64,000 nucleotides of DNA from an uncultured Spirochaetia bacterium (lineage in GTDB: Bacteria; Desulfobacterota_D; UBA1144; Nemesobacterales; UBA2774): NCBI GenBank assembly GCA_964586675.1, contig CAZPHQ010000012.1, positions 436 through 64,435 of the forward strand, written 5' to 3'. How positions within the stretch are numbered: the stretch's first letter is position 1; each line of letters opens with the position of its first letter. The notes below the pieces were generated by a model. That model was not told the origin of the DNA, did no database searches, and worked only from the letters and a program-made list of their open reading frames with translations. This document shows, one piece after another, positions 61,001 to 64,000 of this stretch. A program made the position numbers and the translations under genes.

Positions 61001-61984
61001 TCACGCGAGATGGTTCACGAACTGCTCGGCTATGGAATCCCAGCTCTGAGACCGCGCATACGCGAGAGCGCCGGCGGAAACGTAATCCAGGTTCCCGAAA
61101 GCGTTTTCTATATTTTCTTCGAGGTTGTCCCCGAGGTAACCCGTGGCCCCGTGCCTCACGATATCGCTCGGGCTCGGCACGTCGTACGCCGCCACGGGAA
61201 GCCCGCACGCCATCGCCTCAAGAATGACCAGGCCGAACGTGTCGAGCCTGCTCGGGAAGACGAATACGTCGGCCCTAGCGTACATCCGCCGGAGCTCACC
61301 GTGGGGAACCGGGCCGGTGAACTCGACGTCCGGGTATTTCGCCCTGAGCGCGGCGAGATAAGGCCCGCCGCCAACGAGTATTTTTTTGTATCCGCGTATC
61401 CTGCAGAAGTCGTCGAGATTCTTGTCCCTGCTCACCCGCCCGACGGTTATGATCGTTCTCTCCCCCCGCGGCTTGGTTTCGGGTTCCGGGTAAAAGAGCT
61501 CCGCGTCGACGCCCCGGCCCCACACCATGCAGTTACTGAGTCCGAGCTCCCTTGTTATGCTCCTCGTCGTGACGAGCACCTTCCGGCTGCACATGTGGAA
61601 CCATCTGATGTAAGCCCACGTCATGAACGCCGGAACTTTATAGAGAAGCCAACCGTAATCCGCGATCCTCGTATGGTAGGAGGTGTTGTAGCTTATCCGG
61701 TTCTTCCTGCAGAGCTGCCTTACGGCGAACCCCAAAGGCCCTTCTGTTGCGATATGCACCCTGTCGGGCGAGCAGGCGCCCAGGTACCTGTCCGCCAGGT
61801 CGGCGGCATTCGTTACGACCGGTATGTTGTGTATCAGAATGGGAAGCGTTTCCGACCCCTCGACGTAGGGATTGAGCACCGTAATGTCGTGCTCTCTTCG
61901 AATGAGATCCGTTATGTAGCTCAACGTATGCGCGACGCCGTTTATCTGTGGTGGCCACGCATCCGTTACGAGCAGGATCCTCAT
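61001..61984 (-). CDS. GT4 glycosyltransferase, Agt-like (candidate glycosyl-diacylglycerol synthase)
   Basis: MRILLVTDAWPPQINGV..TL, HIATEGPLG, SYHTR, WGRGVD, VGRVSRDKN, DTFGLVILEAMACG. Confidence 0.85.
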   Translation of the reverse strand: MRILLVTDAWPPQINGVAHTLSYITDLIRREHDITVLNPYVEGSETLPILIHNIPVVTNAADLADRYLGACSPDRVHIATEGPLGFAVRQLCRKNRISYNTSYHTRIADYGWLLYKVPAFMTWAYIRWFHMCSRKVLVTTRSITRELGLSNCMVWGRGVDAELFYPEPETKPRGERTIITVGRVSRDKNLDDFCRIRGYKKILVGGGPYLAALRAKYPDVEFTGPVPHGELRRMYARADVFVFPSRLDTFGLVILEAMACGLPVAAYDVPSPSDIVRHGATGYLGDNLEENIENAFGNLDYVSAGALAYARSQSWDSIAEQFVNHLA

Positions 61985-62035
61985 CGAGTTATCCTCCGAT
62001 TGAAAACCTCTCCGGGTTCTTCGGGCGGCTCATGT

Positions 62036-62674
62036 TCATAGCGAGTTGGTAAGGTAGAGAATGCCGATAACGGTAACTGCGCCGAGGAAGCTGCCGGCGA
62101 TTGTCTGGTAGAGCGTGTGCCTTCCGAGCCTTATTCTCGACCACGCTATGACGGGTATTATGAGGGTTAATGGTATCACCGCCTCACCGTAAAGCGCTAT
62201 AGCCAGGAACGAGAGCCCCGCGGCCGAGGTGCAGTGACCGCTGATCTTCCATTTAAGCGTTATCAGGAAGACGAGCAGTATCTGAATGAGCGCGACGGCC
62301 GTTACGATAATCATCAGCCTCGGCGCGTCGAGAAGAAAAGTTACGATGAAAACGAGCGAGGCGTATGTAAAAATCACGAGGAGCGGCTTTGCGCGCTCTT
62401 CCCTTCGGCTCAGGTGAAAATCGCTGACGGCCCCTGAATGGACGAGCGAGAAAATGTAGAGCGTCGGCGGTATTATCAGAAGCGCTATGAAGACGAATAT
62501 CCACGAGAGCGACGAATCGGCCTTCGCGGCGTGCGCCGTTACGACGATGCATGCAAGCGCTATGAGCGGGGGGCTGAAGACGTTGGAGATGAGACGCGCC
62601 GACTTGTCTCGCCATCCCTCCGGGATGACTATCGGCTCCGCCGACTGCTGATATAGTTTTTTGTCAGTTTCCAT
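62036..62674 (-). CDS. PAP2-like integral membrane phosphatase
   Basis: About 6 TM helices; KISGH (C2-like) and WSRIRLGRHTLYQ (C3-like); start placed at METDK after GGAG. Confidence 0.7.
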   Translation of the reverse strand: METDKKLYQQSAEPIVIPEGWRDKSARLISNVFSPPLIALACIVVTAHAAKADSSLSWIFVFIALLIIPPTLYIFSLVHSGAVSDFHLSRREERAKPLLVIFTYASLVFIVTFLLDAPRLMIIVTAVALIQILLVFLITLKWKISGHCTSAAGLSFLAIALYGEAVIPLTLIIPVIAWSRIRLGRHTLYQTIAGSFLGAVTVIGILYLTNSL

Positions 62675-63398
62675 TTCGGAACTCCGTGTCCGAATCGTAT
62701 CCGCGCCAGTATCCCCAATCGCCACCGCGCCATCTATCCGGAATCAGCCCGAAGTAAAGCGCGGTGCATCTCGTGAGAGAGTGAAGGGTCTTTTTCGTCC
62801 TTCCCATTTCCACCCGCCTGTGGTCCTTCGCGTAAACGACGAGGTCGAAGGTGAAGTGCGCTGTAAATCCCGAGCGCTTCACTCGCCATGCGAGCTCGGA
62901 GTCTTCGTTGCACGCGAGCGCCGCATCGAAGCCCCCCGATTCGAGGTAGGCTTCCCTTCGTATAATGAAGTTCGACCCCGAGGCAGCCGGAACACCCAGA
63001 AGGTGTATCAGGAATTGTCCGTAAGCGAACCATTTATAATAGCCCGCGTACCTGTCGCGGGAGAGCTTTGGTCCGTAGATCAAATCGTATTCTTCGAGCT
63101 TCCGGATGTTGCTGAAGTACTCCTCGGAGAATACGACATCGGCGTCTGTAAAGAGGAGCCAGGGTGTATTGGCCGCGTCCGCTCCCGCCAAACGCGCTTC
63201 TGTTACGGTGCCCGGATACCTGATAAGTGTAGTATAATGCGGGCGCGCCCGAGAAACAATATCGGGCGTCGAATCCGTGCTGGCGTCTACCACTACCAGC
63301 CTTATCCCGTCCGGTATCGAGCCCAGGAAATTTCCGATGTTCCTTTCTTCGTTTCTGGTGGGAACAATTACAGTTAAATCGCCGGGATGAATCGCCAT
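62664..63398 (-). CDS. GT2 glycosyltransferase
   Basis: VIVPTRNEE, VVDAS.D, FTDADV, GGFD, NEDSEL. Confidence 0.9.
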   Translation of the reverse strand: MAIHPGDLTVIVPTRNEERNIGNFLGSIPDGIRLVVVDASTDSTPDIVSRARPHYTTLIRYPGTVTEARLAGADAANTPWLLFTDADVVFSEEYFSNIRKLEEYDLIYGPKLSRDRYAGYYKWFAYGQFLIHLLGVPAASGSNFIIRREAYLESGGFDAALACNEDSELAWRVKRSGFTAHFTFDLVVYAKDHRRVEMGRTKKTLHSLTRCTALYFGLIPDRWRGGDWGYWRGYDSDTEFRNGN

Positions 63399-63423
63399 TA
63401 CGATTAATATATTAATGACGGCG

Positions 63424-63462
63424 TATTAAGGCGCTTTTAACGAAGTGTGAATTTGCAGTTAA
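63424..63462 (-). promoter_or_regulatory. Pho-box-like phased repeats
   Basis: Minus strand TTAACT, TTCACA, TTAAAA, TTAATA starting at 63462, 63451, 63440 and 63429 (exact 11-bp period). Confidence 0.6.
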
Positions 63463-63484
63463 AGGACGGCGCTTTCAGGGCGCC

Positions 63485-64000
63485 TTATTTCTTTGTCGTT
63501 TTCGGCGGCTTCTCGAATGTTATCCTGAGCACGCCGCCCTCGAGGTTCGCCTTCTCGACGTTGAGCTTGGCTAAAAAGCCCGGGAGGAAAATATTCCTTC
63601 TCTGATTTTCTATCTGTATCGTGAGCTCGTCGGCCACCTGGTGGAGCTTGACCTCGTCCTTCGCCACGAAGGGGAGCTTCAATATAAGGTTGTAGACACC
63701 TTTTTCCTTTACTATCTCGTAGGGCTTTATGTTCGAGAATATCGAAACGGGGTCCTTCTTTGCGAAAAGGGAATCGCCGAATTCGAGGAGCGCGTCCGCG
63801 CCCATGATTTCCTTCCGGTGGAGCGGCGCCTCGAATATCGGCACCGAGCTGAAGAGCTCCTCGACTTCCTTTCTGTATACCGCCTGGGATTCCCGCCACT
63901 CCCTGAAGAACGGGTGGTCGATGTCTGTCGGCATGGTCCTGTTTACGATGACGGAATCGACGTTGTAGCCATAGAGGCTGAGATAGGTGTACGCCCTCTG
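63485..64000 (-). CDS. ArsA/Get3-family ATPase with C-terminal HSP20-like domain, 5'-partial
   Basis: Frame open to the window edge: QRAYTYLSLYGYNVDSVIVNR...WRESQ...; C-terminal LKLPF...DELTIQIENQRRNIFLP...A.LEGG.L.I.F. Confidence 0.85.
   Translation of the reverse strand, partial: QRAYTYLSLYGYNVDSVIVNRTMPTDIDHPFFREWRESQAVYRKEVEELFSSVPIFEAPLHRKEIMGADALLEFGDSLFAKKDPVSIFSNIKPYEIVKEKGVYNLILKLPFVAKDEVKLHQVADELTIQIENQRRNIFLPGFLAKLNVEKANLEGGVLRITFEKPPKTTKK

Noticed and set aside
63485-64000. Arsenic resistance operon
   Set aside because: The HSP20-tailed ArsA subfamily is not the efflux ATPase, and no arsB, arsC or arsR is visible

Overview
A gene-dense, moderately GC-rich bacterial chromosome segment, mostly housekeeping. 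It includes radC, exosortase H, pabB/pabC, mnmE, dapL, purB, gshA, clcA, argH/argC/argG, tilS, ihfA, pheT, katG/oxyR, iscS, gap/pgk/fbaB, rluD/pgeF, queA and rlmD. The gene mix resembles a deltaproteobacteria-like lineage such as Ca. Dadabacteria; this is inference only. I saw no tRNA, rRNA, CRISPR array, IS element or prophage. Two regions stand out. (1) An AT-rich 185-bp gap at 8551-8735 holds DnaA boxes and a perfect parS palindrome, making it a candidate oriC with no dnaA in the window. (2) A ~6.5-kb cluster at 57026-63462 looks like a phosphate-starvation membrane-remodelling island. It carries olsB/olsA-like ornithine-lipid genes, three glycosyltransferases (one Agt-like GT4), a PAP2-like phosphatase and a divergent PhoU-like protein, with 11-bp-phased Pho-box-like repeats in three intergenic regions. 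It has no intact plcP (possibly a decayed remnant), and the olsA-like gene appears to use a non-ATG start. Other oddities are a DsbA-type protein with three tandem DsbC-N-like repeats, a tandem AhpD/CMD protein under a TetR operator, an orphan pheT, and a near-consensus OxyR site. All product calls come from motif recognition by eye, not database searches.
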